Below, piece by piece: positions 39,201-55,717 of a stretch of 64,000 bases of DNA (position 1 is its first letter; every line of letters starts with the position of its first letter). Position numbers and translations under genes: made by a program. The DNA lies in assembly GCF_964204645.1 (NCBI RefSeq), contig NC_134032.1:744001-808000 (forward strand), given 5' to 3'. This DNA comes from Tubulanus polymorphus (lineage: Eukaryota > Animalia > Nemertea). Under the pieces are notes generated by a model. The model made no database searches. It saw only the letters and a program-made list of their open reading frames with translations, and was not told where the DNA came from.

Positions 39201-39559
39201 ATTCAAGGAAAGTGTCCCTGCTGCACAGTTGAGTCCCTGAGAAAACAGTTGGATAGAGCGGGACTCGAACCCGGGCCAGCAAATTACTAGCGTAACGTCT
39301 TCCCACTAGACCACCGAGGTCCAACCGTAACGTTAAAAGCATAGACGGATCAACGATTCTATAGAGGGGCGTACACATCCAAATCCGTCTGGGCGATTGA
39401 TATGAGAAGATCAATAAACGGAGATAGAGTCTTTGAGAAGGTGTTACCTTTACGACTTTGAGCTGGTTTCACTAGAAAGCTTTCATCGTCCTCATCAGAA
39501 TTGATGCTGACAGGCGATTCAGCTCCATATGGATTGTAATCCGCCATTTTGACTGTCAT
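22880..39559 (-). CDS. SLC17A5: Sialin-like SLC17 MFS anion transporter. Constitutive exons: 39448-39559, 38922-39121, 37854-38087, 37655-37742, 36707-36933, 35834-35983, 34304-34436, [variable exon x6], 24276-24361, 22880-23107
   Basis: SLC17 motifs [131 protein letters not shown]; N-terminal acidic DDESFLV and C-terminal YQPL sorting-type motifs; all introns GT-AG in phase. Orthology to SLC17A5 vs other SLC17 members not proven. Confidence 0.92.
23150..23365. repeat. 33-bp tandem repeat (CTGCAGCCTGTAACCTGCACCCC..GACAAT)
   Basis: About 6 units, intronic. Confidence 0.9.
23600..23940. repeat. 75-bp tandem repeat containing CCAAT, GGGTTAGGGTTAG and ATTTGCAT; single copy at 28675-28800
   Basis: About 4 units spaced 75 bp (23641, 23716, 23791, 23866). 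Confidence 0.9.
24451..24660 (+). ncRNA. Penelope-like inverted-repeat unit with minimal hammerhead core at 24559-24600 (antisense in SLC17 intron)
   Basis: CCAC-CTGATGA-T-GGCTGTT-agtc-AACAGCC-GAAAC-GTT-GTGG: stem I 4 bp, stem II 7 bp, palindromic AACGTT stem III. Confidence 0.75.
27153..27246. repeat. (TA)n microsatellite
   Basis: Direct. Confidence 0.99.
27276..27431 (-). CDS. SLC17 variable exon 8f ([53 protein letters not shown])
   Basis: 156 nt, atttgtag| ... |gtacct, open frame. Confidence 0.88.
28015..28170 (-). CDS. SLC17 variable exon 8e ([53 protein letters not shown])
   Basis: 156 nt, atttgtag| ... |gtactt, open frame; not in the ORF track, translated by hand. Confidence 0.88.
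28943..29098 (-). CDS. SLC17 variable exon 8d ([53 protein letters not shown])
   Basis: 156 nt, tttttcag| ... |gtatag, open frame. Confidence 0.9.
29778..29933 (-). CDS. SLC17 variable exon 8c ([53 protein letters not shown])
   Basis: 156 nt, tttttcag| ... |gtatac, open frame. Confidence 0.9.
31010..31168. mobile_element. PIF/Harbinger (Tourist)-like MITE, TIR GGC(T/C)(G/C)GGTTTCATAGA, flanked by CAG; relatives at 31778-32028, 52204-52331
   Basis: 16-bp near-perfect TIRs with 3-bp CAG direct flanks. Confidence 0.65.
31424..31579 (-). CDS. SLC17 variable exon 8b ([53 protein letters not shown])
   Basis: 156 nt, ttttttcag| ... |gtacac, open frame. Confidence 0.9.
33557..33712 (-). CDS. SLC17 variable exon 8a ([53 protein letters not shown])
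   Basis: 156 nt, tag| ... |gtatga, phase 1-1, open frame. Confidence 0.9.
38510..38840. repeat. 20-bp tandem repeat (ATCAGAAACTATTGCTAACT)
   Basis: Direct. Confidence 0.95.
39150..39319 (-). mobile_element. tRNA-derived SINE fragment in SLC17 intron 1
   Basis: Minus strand A box TGGTCTAGTGG and B box GGTTCGAGTCC at tRNA spacing; no clean cloverleaf. Confidence 0.6.
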
Positions 39560-40235
39560 GTGACATGTGTCCCGTGTATATTTACCCGCGTGCCACAGTA
39601 GAAATAGCGAGCGAGTGGGATCTCGACTGTCTCGTGCTGCCGCTGCGTATAACGATAGCGGGAAAAACGTGAACTAACATAATACTCGCTTGCCAGACAC
39701 TTTTAACTGGCGCAGCTGGGACGAACTAGTTACCGATTATAAACGTTCAAGTTGAATCGAGGCGGGCGGTGCGCGGGGATTCTTCACCCGTCAAGGCATT
39801 CGAACCCACAAAGCTCAAGCCGTTCCCCAAACCCCTTGATTTGACGAGTCGTTCGAGTCGTTACTAGCCGACCATAATCAGGTCGGGCCGATCACAGCGC
39901 TTGTAACCGACATTCTGTTGGATTCCCGTCCGAGTCCACCACCGACCCGGACGGCCCGGGCGTTGCCAATCCATCAGCGAACATTGACCGATATTTAATA
40001 TCATATGCGCAGGAGTACCACCAAGTGGAATCCTCTATTGCCGCAGTAGTTGATGTCCTACTGCACACTAGTGACACCTGGTGGATCCCCACTTGCAACA
40101 ATTGAACGAATCCTCAAGACAAGTAAATGTTTTATTTTTTAAATCTTTTTTTATTGACTTTATTTACTGCGTTAGACATAATCATTACATGAATATTGAG
40201 CCATCGCGGTGTCGCGAGACGTCGAGAATTCCGCT

Positions 40236-41678
40236 TTATCGAGACAGGGCGATTTGTCTGTTTCGTCCGGGTCCGACTATCTGCCCGTAACGAACAGTCA
40301 TCGACGTGTCGCGAGGATTATAACTCAAATTGAGATGCACCACTCCGCGATCGACGAGACGCGTCACGATAGCGCGCCGTCTATCGGCACGCATCACAAC
40401 CTGTATGTGGAACTCGTAAACGCGATAACGGTTCTTCGTCTCATACCTGTTGCCTCCTAACAGGCGCCCCTCTTCGGCGACGTCATTCTGCAGGCGGAAG
40501 TAGTCTTTGGCTACGATTACCGGGATGACCGCCGGGTCGCTCTTGTGGAAATGCAGGCGTCTGGTCATCTCCTCATCCCATTTCGCCTGGCTGGTTCCGA
40601 GTTGTTGAAATTCGTGGGTCGTCATGAAATGTTTGTTTTCGAATTCGTCGCTGAGATGTCGCTTCGACTGTTCACGCGTCTCTTCTGCTTAGAAATAGTT
40701 AACATACTAATAGTAAATCCCGTACACTCGGACGTATAGGGTTATAGGGGAATTATTATATGTAATAGATGAAATCTAATTGACGGTTTAATGCTTGAAA
40801 TCTGCGTAGACAATAGATGAAATACTTGTCACGGATTTTGAAACAAAGTTCTAATGTTATCCACAAGGAGGCAGCGCAAACGATTTTAGAAAACTTTGCC
40901 GTAGTTTATTGAATTATCTTCCAGAGTTAGTTTCGTAAAAGCCTGAACCGATTCCATATCAAATCTCATCTCAAACCTTCGTTTTATCGTAACGCTTTTC
41001 GGCTTAAAGATTGATACCTTTTTTTCTCATTTCTAAGTTGCCGGCCGGTCGCCAATCTGCCCTGTTACATTACATTTTTTAAAATCACGATCAAGCTTAG
41101 CATAGCAGACCCGGCAGTTTTAGAAACGAACTGATTACAAATTTCATTGAGGTTTACAAAAGTGACCCGGCCGATTAGGAGAAACAAGCCATCATTTTTA
41201 GCCGTATTACGTGCAGGTTTAGTTGAAATTCACACTGTTTCGTGTTGTAAATAGCAGTAGTTTATAGTATAATTCATAATTTAGAAAATAGTGTTTTATG
41301 GAAATTATGTTTACTATAATATATCCAAGGGGTCGATAACAGAAAACAAGGCTCGCAGAAGATACCTAACGACTTCGCTTGCCGCAGACGCTTTCATATC
41401 GCTTACCTTCATCACGCGACGGTCTCAACCACTGGTAATCGATCGCGTCGTTTTCGAACTAAAAGATTAAGAAAAAATCAATCAAAGCTCAAGTTATTAG
41501 ATCTATTTAAGTTAAAATAAATCTCAACGAAGCAATCACAATTTTTTGGTGAAATTAGGGAATTTTTGTAGAGTATTTGTGATTAGTCGAGACTCACCTG
41601 TTCCTCGTCAACGGCCTTGGCATTGGCCCAGATTACCGACAAGAGAACTATAGCTACGACGTTCAGCGATCTGGACAT
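40236..41678 (-). CDS. Unrecognised secreted prepro-protein, copy 1 (~194 aa). Coding exons 41598-41678, 41407-41458, 40236-40687; putative non-coding exon ~42495-42538
   Basis: MSRSLNVVAIVLLSVIWANAKA signal peptide; acidic pro-region ending SKR; Cys-free, Arg/Val-rich mature part; splice phases 0/1 compatible and conserved in copy 2. Confidence 0.8.
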
Positions 41679-41823
41679 TTTCCTTGATCCAAATAACAAC
41701 TTTCTTCTAGAGGTAAAAATATAGCATCGTTAAATTTCATTTGTTCGAATAAAAATATTACGAAGAATTTCCAAAGGACTTTTCATAATTCGCCCATTCG
41801 AAAATAACCCTTTTTGAAAGCTT

Positions 41824-42400
41824 AAATCCCTGCACACTAATAATGAAAATAGTCTGAAATGTTTCCTTGAGCTAGTGTAGTTTATTCAACGTTTCCACTA
41901 TATCCTAATAGTCATCATCAGGAATTCTGATGTTGTCCTCATTATAACCATTGATGAAACACTCTGAGCACGTGTTGTAAAGATAATATAAAATCCCTGC
42001 ACACTAAGAATAAAAAGAGTCTGAAATGTTTCCTTGAGCTAGTGTAGTTTCGGCTATATCCTAAAAGTCATCTTCAGGAATGCTGATGTTGTCCTCATTA
42101 TAACCATTGATGAAACACTCTGAGTCCGTGTTGTAAAGATAATATAAAATCCCTGCACACTAAGAATAAAAAGAGTCTGAAATGTTTCCTTGAGCTAGTG
42201 TAGTTTATTCAAAGTTTCGACTATATCCTAATAGTCATCTTCAGGAATACTGATGTTGTCCTCATTATAACCATTGATGAAACACTCTGAGTCCGTGTTG
42301 TAAAGATAATATAAAATCCCTGCACACTAAAAAGAGTCTGAAATGTTTCCTTGATCTAGTGTAGTTTCGACTATATCCTAAAAGTCATCTTCAGGAATAT
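41824..42400 (-). repeat. 167-bp hammerhead-type repeat array (4 damaged cores), sense orientation in intron 1 of orphan gene copy 1
   Basis: Same unit as 10623-11297; each core has a lesion. Confidence 0.85.
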
Positions 42401-42534
42401 TGTATAGCATTGAACTCACGAGGATAGTGACTTTCATCGATGGTTATGGTTAACCCGTCAGTTGGCCTTCTTCATTTCATTTCCTTGCACTTACCTTGAT
42501 ATCAGTCAGTCGAACTCGAACCGCTCGTTATGAA

Positions 42535-42615
42535 ATGAAGCCGATGCTTTCGAATCTTCCAGACGTTTATATATTAGTTTTATGCCGCAGTTTATCGTTG
42601 ATAAAAATGATAAAA
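42535..42615 (-). promoter_or_regulatory. Putative core promoter of orphan copy 1: TATATAAA (42566-42573), Inr-like TCATTT ~30 nt downstream, clustered GATA sites
   Basis: Spacing fits TATA/Inr; block conserved upstream of copy 2 (47470-47545). Confidence 0.5.
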
Positions 42616-43487
42616 TTTCGGTATCACCAAACATATTGCATCGCAGGATGATTTTATTAGTTTAAAGTTTGAACAGGCCTGACTGATTGTTGGAAACATC
42701 TTTAAAAAAAAAAAAAAACTAGTATAAGGCAATGCTGTATAGCCATCGGGCCGGTGTGATAGTCGAAAGTGGTCTTAAGTTGTTGGATTGGTTATAGAAC
42801 TAAATTGTTCTTAGACTTGTCTTAAGTTATAAGATTGGTTTTGGAAACGAATTGAGTTTAGAGTGTTCTTTATTTATGCTGTAGGATTGTCAGTGTAGAA
42901 ATACGATCGTGTATAATCGATAAGAATGATAATAAACCCTCCATGACGCAGGTTTGGTTGCGATATTACTCAGTTTGTGTGGGCAGGTGAATTGATATGT
43001 ATCGGTTTAATGTTTGAAAATCATACGCAGTGTTTAATCTATTCAGGTCTGGCGCACATTAAAACGTCTTATTTCTTACGCGCTAAAATGTTTTGGGGTT
43101 TCGCCAGTTGACTTTGATCCAAAATTGGGTCGGTTCGATTTCACCAGATTCCAGTTCCACGGTTTATTGGGTTGAATTTGTCTCCGGATCAAGTTCCACA
43201 GTTGCTGAGGTTAAGTTAGTCTCAGTAATTAGTTCAACAGTTACAGTAGGCGGATCCATCAGTTCGGTCACCACAGTTTTGTTCAGAAGTCGATGTTGAA
43301 TTCGTTCCCTGCCGCCGAAAAAAAACTTGAAAATCAACCCGTACTGTGGCGAACTCCGATCATTTGTGAAAAAATCATCTCCTTCCAAAGAACACTCTCC
43401 AAAACGTGACACAAAACCGAACGCCATCTTGTTCAATAACAATTTATTATCATCTTCAAAACTTTTTTGCTATTGCATCGACATAGA

Positions 43488-44421
43488 CTAACAAATTCCA
43501 CAAGTTTTCTTACAGTTCTTCTTCATGAATTCAGCGTAAGAACTGAGTTTACAATACGCTTTCCAGCCTCCACAACTTGTATTTACATCCTTGCAAATGA
43601 TAATAGAATAATTCTCACAGGTTTAGGGCGCGTCGTTTGACAAGTTACATTAATAAGAAATGTATTTGAAGGTTATTTGACGAGTTAGATTAATAAGAAA
43701 TATATTTGAAGGTTATTTGACAAGTTAAGTTAATAAGAAATGTATTTTAAAGTCATTTTATCTCAGATTTTCGTGTTTCTGTGATTCGCCCTGCGTCATG
43801 AGTGTTTGGCCTTTTATTTTAGGCAGTGTAAAGAGTGTTAGGGGGGATGGTGGTTGGATATGGTCGGGGATTTCACACCAATATTTGAAAAAATGGATCA
43901 TTTTCGGCGTATTTACAGCATCGACTGACCCGTTTCCGCTTGAGATTGAGATATAGTTTGGTTGGTTCGTTGTTTCTATAAACTAGAAACCGAATGCCGC
44001 TTTTCGACTATAGTATTTCCTCAAGGAAAAATAAATCGAATTCGTTGCAAATGTTCACAGAATAAATATCAGGTGTCATTTTTGAGATGGTAAAATATAT
44101 CTAAGAGATCGATGATAAATTCCTCGACAATCGTTCGATTCAAACTTGTGATAGTACGAACTGAAATGCACAGTAGCTTGAGTGTACCGGTACGCCTGAT
44201 GATGGCTAATTGCATTTAGCCGAAACGTTACTCGAAATAAATAATAATCATTTTGATATAGAACTTTTTCATTTTTGGCTAATTTATTGTGGGATTTCTC
44301 TCGTTAGAGCTCGAGTAGCAAGTAAACGAGTTTCTATCTAGTGAACTATGGATATTACCTCTGAATAAACGATTGCGAATAACAGAGCAACGACTAAAAC
44401 CACATTAGTCAACGACTTCAT
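43488..44421 (-). pseudogene. Internally collapsed astacin-ShK paralog: signal exon 44359-44421, fragment of catalytic exon 43930-43982, intact terminal ShK 43488-~43595
   Basis: MKSLTNVVLVVALLFAIVYSE; FIETTNQPNYISISSGNG; CKDVNTSCGGWKAYCKLSSYAEFMKKNCKKTCGIC*; homologous to 55655-55717, 52580-52703, 49076-49185. HExxH exon absent. Confidence 0.75.
44190..44305 (+). ncRNA. Penelope-like unit with hammerhead core (44196-44229); further degenerate copy at 56556-56650
   Basis: CTGATGA-T-GGCTAA..TTAGCC-GAAAC-GTT plus same 3' tail as 19158-19222; stem I not supported. Confidence 0.5.
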
Positions 44422-45700
44422 CTTGTCACAGTTCGATGAACTGATGAAACTCTAATGCTGATCGACAGCACACAATTTGACCATCATTCATACCGTGTCG
44501 TTATCAAACACGATAAGTTGAACTACGGATAAACACGATGTTAATAGTTCGGAACAGGATCTAATCACTGTTTAATAGCGAGCGCGCTCGGGCCATGTGA
44601 ACATTTCCCGACAGTACGGTCGACATTTTGAACTAAATCTAGATTATGCCGATAGCATTTCTGTCGTTGCAGGCCCGTGCCCATGGGCTCCGAATGAACC
44701 GCCCTAAAATTTTCAAAGTGCTTTTAAGAAGTCAGTGTCAAAAAATTCGGGTCAATGTTCGAAATTTCGATACAATATCGATGTTTTTTTGAAAATGAAT
44801 TATTCAATTATTTGTAAAAATGTTATTGACGAATATTGGTGATAAATACTTTGAATTTAAAGTCATAAAAATTATGAGACGTTTAGTTGTTTTAGTTTAG
44901 TTATCGAAAAAAATCATATTCGATACGTGTACTATTTTCGATAGGAAAATGTTCCTTTTCACGTTGAAAAAAGTGCCTTTTTGAACTGAAAATAGAACTG
45001 CCGCTAAAAAATCTCGGCACGGGCCTGCGTCTAGGCCTTGTTTTTCGTATTACCTAGGACTTCACCGTCCCGACTGGGAAAGTCGTTGTATTGACATCAA
45101 AGTCATTCAAATTCTAGAGAACAATTTATACCTCTGAATAATTGGTAAAAACCGAGTTTTTCCTAAGAAAGAAAATATCTTAACTGATGGAAATGTAGAC
45201 AATTTTCTTTTAAATTTAGGACGGATTCGTAGTTTCATGGTTAATAAGAAATGCAAGGGCGGATCTAGGATTCTTTGAAAGGGTTGGACCCGAAAATTGG
45301 AATGGGAACTTTATTTGAAAAGGACAGATTTGACAAGACAAGGGCTGCACGAGACACATCACTTGCGGTTTAAGGTGGGCTTTTCGGAGAAAATTTAGGA
45401 CAAAAGGGGCTTTTCTGGCTCATATCAGGCCTATTTGGATTCGTTTTGCGTCTTTTTAAAATTTATTTTGCAAAAAAATAATGCCAGATTTTTTTGGAGG
45501 ACACATTTCGAAGTTTCCGCCTTGTGTCCGTATTGCTCGTAGTAGGAACATTTATATTCCGGCGGTAAATACGCGCTATCTATTCTAGTTTACAGAAATT
45601 CCGCTATCGTTTTTCATAGGGGCAGCACTGAACGGTTCAGATCTAACATAACCGCGCTATTCTACTCTGGTATGCGAAGAATACAGATTTTTTTCTAAGC

Positions 45701-45940
45701 GGAATCCTCTGAAAAAATAGCCGCAGTAGTTGATGCCCTACCGCACACTAGCGACAGCTAGTGGATCCTCACTAGCCATTAGCGGAATCCTCTGAAAAAA
45801 TAGCAGCAGTAGTTGATGCCCTACTGCACACTAGCGACACCTAGTGGATCCTCACTAGCCATTAGTGGAATCCTCTATTGCGAAAGTAGTTGATATCCTA
45901 CTGCACACTAGCGACACCTGGTGGATCCTCACTCGCCATT
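45701..45940. repeat. 83-bp x3 tandem repeat at the junction of the segmental duplication (single copy at 40025-40095)
   Basis: Units start 45701, 45784, 45867. Confidence 0.85.
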
Positions 45941-46067
45941 ATTTGAATCCGCGATTGTCACAGTCGAACTAGTCCTCAAGAAAAGTAGTGTAGTCGTTGA
46001 TGTTATTTTTGATTGACTTTATTTATTGCGTTTGACAATATCATTACATGAATATCGAGTCATTGCT

Positions 46068-46912
46068 TTATCGAGACTCCCCTTCATCGGACAGGGAGAT
46101 TTGTCTGTTTCGTCCGGGTCCGACTATCTGCCCGTAACGGACAGTCTTCTCCTTGTCGCGGGGATCGTGACTCAAAATCAGATTTACCACTCCGCGATCG
46201 ACGAGACGGGTCACCGTAGCATGTCGTCTATCGGCACGCACATCGACAACTATGTGGAACTCGTAAACGCGATAACGGTTCTTCGTCCGATACCTGCTGC
46301 CTCCTACTAGGATTCCCCCTTCGGCTACGTCACTCTGCAGGCGGAAGTAGTCTTTAGCTACGATTACCGGGATGACCGCCGGGTCGTACTTGTAGAAATG
46401 CAGGCGTCTGGTCATCTCTTCATCCCATTTCGCCTGGCTGGTTCTCAGTTGTAAGAATTCGCGAGTCGTCATGAAATGTTTGTTCTCAAATTCGTCGCTG
46501 AGATACCGCTTCGACTGTTCATGGGTCTCTTCTGCTTAGAAATAAATAGATAACATACTAATAGTAAATGCGTGACGACGCAAAGGATCGTATATCATCA
46601 ACTTTGTTTACCCCCAGATTGTTTCACGTTGCTTATACGTACCTAGCCCGCGTCTTAACCTCTGCTGATAATCAGTCGCGTCATTTTCAAACTAGAAACA
46701 AAAATCTTTTTATGTCGAGATTCCTTAATCGATTTCAGATATCATCAAGTAAAACTACAAGGTTTTTGTGGATTCAGACGCTTGGAAACTATAGGGGATT
46801 TGTAGAATAGTTTTGATCACCCGAGACTCACCTGATCCTCGTCAACAGCCTTGACATTGACCAATATCACCGACAAGAGAACTACAGCTACGACGTTCAG
46901 CGATCTGGACAT
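46068..46912 (-). CDS. Unrecognised secreted prepro-protein, copy 2 (~198 aa). Coding exons 46832-46912, 46643-46691, 46068-46534
   Basis: MSRSLNVVAVVLLSVILVNVKA signal; FENDATDYQQRLRRGL; SKR then mature region paralogous to copy 1; GT-AG sites conserved. Confidence 0.8.
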
Positions 46913-47078
46913 TTTCCTTGATACCAATAACAACTTTCTTCTAGAGGTACAAATATTGCATTTTTTGCGTTTATGTTATCTAATCTGATGAATACATCTC
47001 GAACTACGATATGAGACTTTTCATAATTCGGCCATTCGAAAATTAACCATATTCGTTAAGATACACTAAGAATACTTT

Positions 47079-47338
47079 TAATAGTCATCTTCAGGAATAC
47101 TGATGTTGTCCTTATTATAACCATTGATGAAACACTCTGAGTCCGTGTTGTAAAGATAATATAAAATCCCTGCACACTAAGAATATAAAGAGTCTGAAAT
47201 GTTTCCTTGAGCTAGTGTAGTTTATTCAACGTTTCGACTTTATCCTAATAGTCATCTTCAAGGATATTGTAGCATTCGACTAACATCAGTATTCCTGAAG
47301 ATGACTATTAGGATATAGTCGAAACGTTGAATAAACTA
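47079..47338. repeat. 167-bp hammerhead-type repeat: damaged minus-strand copies 47079-47270 and an intact plus-strand core 47281-47338
   Basis: Plus core TATTC-CTGAAGA-T-GACTAT..ATAGTC-GAAAC-GTT-GAATA; minus core has CUGA>UUGA. Confidence 0.8.
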
Positions 47339-48364
47339 GGTACAAGCTAACATTGATAGCGTGTTTCATCGATGGTTTCCCCTTCAGTTAACGTTCGTTA
47401 CATCACCAGCCAATATTCGGACCTTGCACTTACCTCAATAGTAGTCAGTTAAACTCGAACCGCTCGTTGTAAAATGAAGCCGATGCTTTCGAATCATCCA
47501 GCAGTTAATATACTAGTTTTATGCCGAAGTTTATCGTTGAATAAAGAAACAAAATCTTCGTATCACGAAGTATTTATTGCTTGATGGTTTTATAGGTTTT
47601 AAAGTTTTATAGTTTGGTTTTATCAAAGCCAAACTGATGCTTTATTGCAAGATATCATTACTGATAGCAACGTCGTATAGCCCTAGGGCCGGTTCCATAC
47701 TGAGAGGGGGGTTCCGGGGCCAGAGGGTCCGGTTCGGGGTCCGCACCCCCTCTTTTCTGACCAAGTCCCCTTTTGAAAATCACGTGTGAAAAATTCTACA
47801 CGACGTTGAACTATAACGTAGGTCCACAATACTTAATAAAAGCAGATATATGCACTAAAATTGCATAAAAATTTGCATAGTTTTTCATAATTTCCTGGGG
47901 GGAGGGCAACCCAGACCCCGCTGCGAGGGCATCATTGTACATCCGCCACGATGTGCCATTTCAGTATGAGGGTGAACTTGCTCCCAGGCTCGATCCGCCC
48001 CTGACTCGCGACTTAAGTCTAAAAGTGGTCTGAAATCTTAAGATTGGCCGTTAGTTGTTAGATTGGTCATTGAACTAAGTTGATCTGAGACTGCGTTTTA
48101 AGTTGTTACATTGACAGTATTGAAATAGGATGGTCTGTATTCGGTATAGGGACGTAAACCAACCCGCTATGACTCAGTTGTGGAGGCGTGGTTGAGAATA
48201 ATGTATAAGATATTACAGTTTATATGGACAGATGAATTGATATGTATTGGTTTAAGGTTCGTAAATCATTGTTTTATCTATTCGGGTCAGGTGCACATTT
48301 CAAGTCGCTAGGTTGGTTTGGGTTTTTTGACCGTGGAGCTCCAAAGTTAGTGTCAGTTGAATTT

Positions 48365-48890
48365 TACTCAGTTCCACAGTTGTGTGGGTTTAATTCGACT
48401 CTGAACCCAGTTCCACAGTTGTGTGGGTTTAATATTGACTCTGAACCCAGTTCCACAGTTGTGTGGGTTTAATTTGACTCTGAACCCAGTTCCGCAGTTG
48501 TGTGGGTTTAATTTGACTCTGAACCCAGTTCCACAGTTGTGTGGGTTTAATTTGACTCTGAACCCAGTTCCACAGTTGTGTGGGTTTAATTTGACTCTGA
48601 ACCCAGTTCCACAGTTGTGTGGGTTTAATTTGACTCTGAACCCAGTTCCACAGTTGTGTGGGTTTAATTTGAATCTGAACCCAGTTCCACAGTTGTGTGG
48701 GTTTAATTTGACTCTGAACCCAGTTCCACAGTTGTGTGGGTTTAATTTGACAGTGGATCCAGTTCAACATTTGTGTGAGTTTAATTTAAACTCTGGATCT
48801 AGTTCCACAAATTTGTGCGTTTAATTTGACTCTGAATCCAGTTACACAGTTGTGTGGGTTTAATTGCCCTCAGTAATCAGTTCCACAGTT
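48365..48890. repeat. 39-bp tandem repeat (CCAGTTCCACAGTTGTGTGGGTTTAATTTGACTCTGAAC)
   Basis: About 13 units; related to MITE terminus. Confidence 0.95.
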
Positions 48891-49075
48891 GCGTAGGGGT
48901 CCAATTTGATTGTGGATTCATCAGTTCCAAAGTTGTGTGTGGAAAGCGATATTGTCACTTAGTGGATTCGTTCCGCCCTGTCGCTGAAAAACTGTCATAT
49001 CAACCTTTCAAGTTATACAAAATCAAACTCAATTTCATTCGATATCAATTTATTCTTCTAATAACTGATACATGA

Positions 49076-55717
<6,642 letters not shown>

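Noticed and set aside
39250-39319. Possible tRNA gene
   Set aside because: A and B boxes present but acceptor/anticodon stems do not pair cleanly; treated as SINE head.
40236-40625. Resemblance of YRVYEF..ADRR to microbial RNase (T1/barnase) motifs
   Set aside because: Too short and no recognisable catalytic His context; not assignable without structure search.
48365-48890. CRISPR-like appearance of 39-47 bp periodic arrays (also 57-450, 20650-21050, 32590-33400)
   Set aside because: Units are contiguous with no unique spacers, no cas genes, eukaryotic context.
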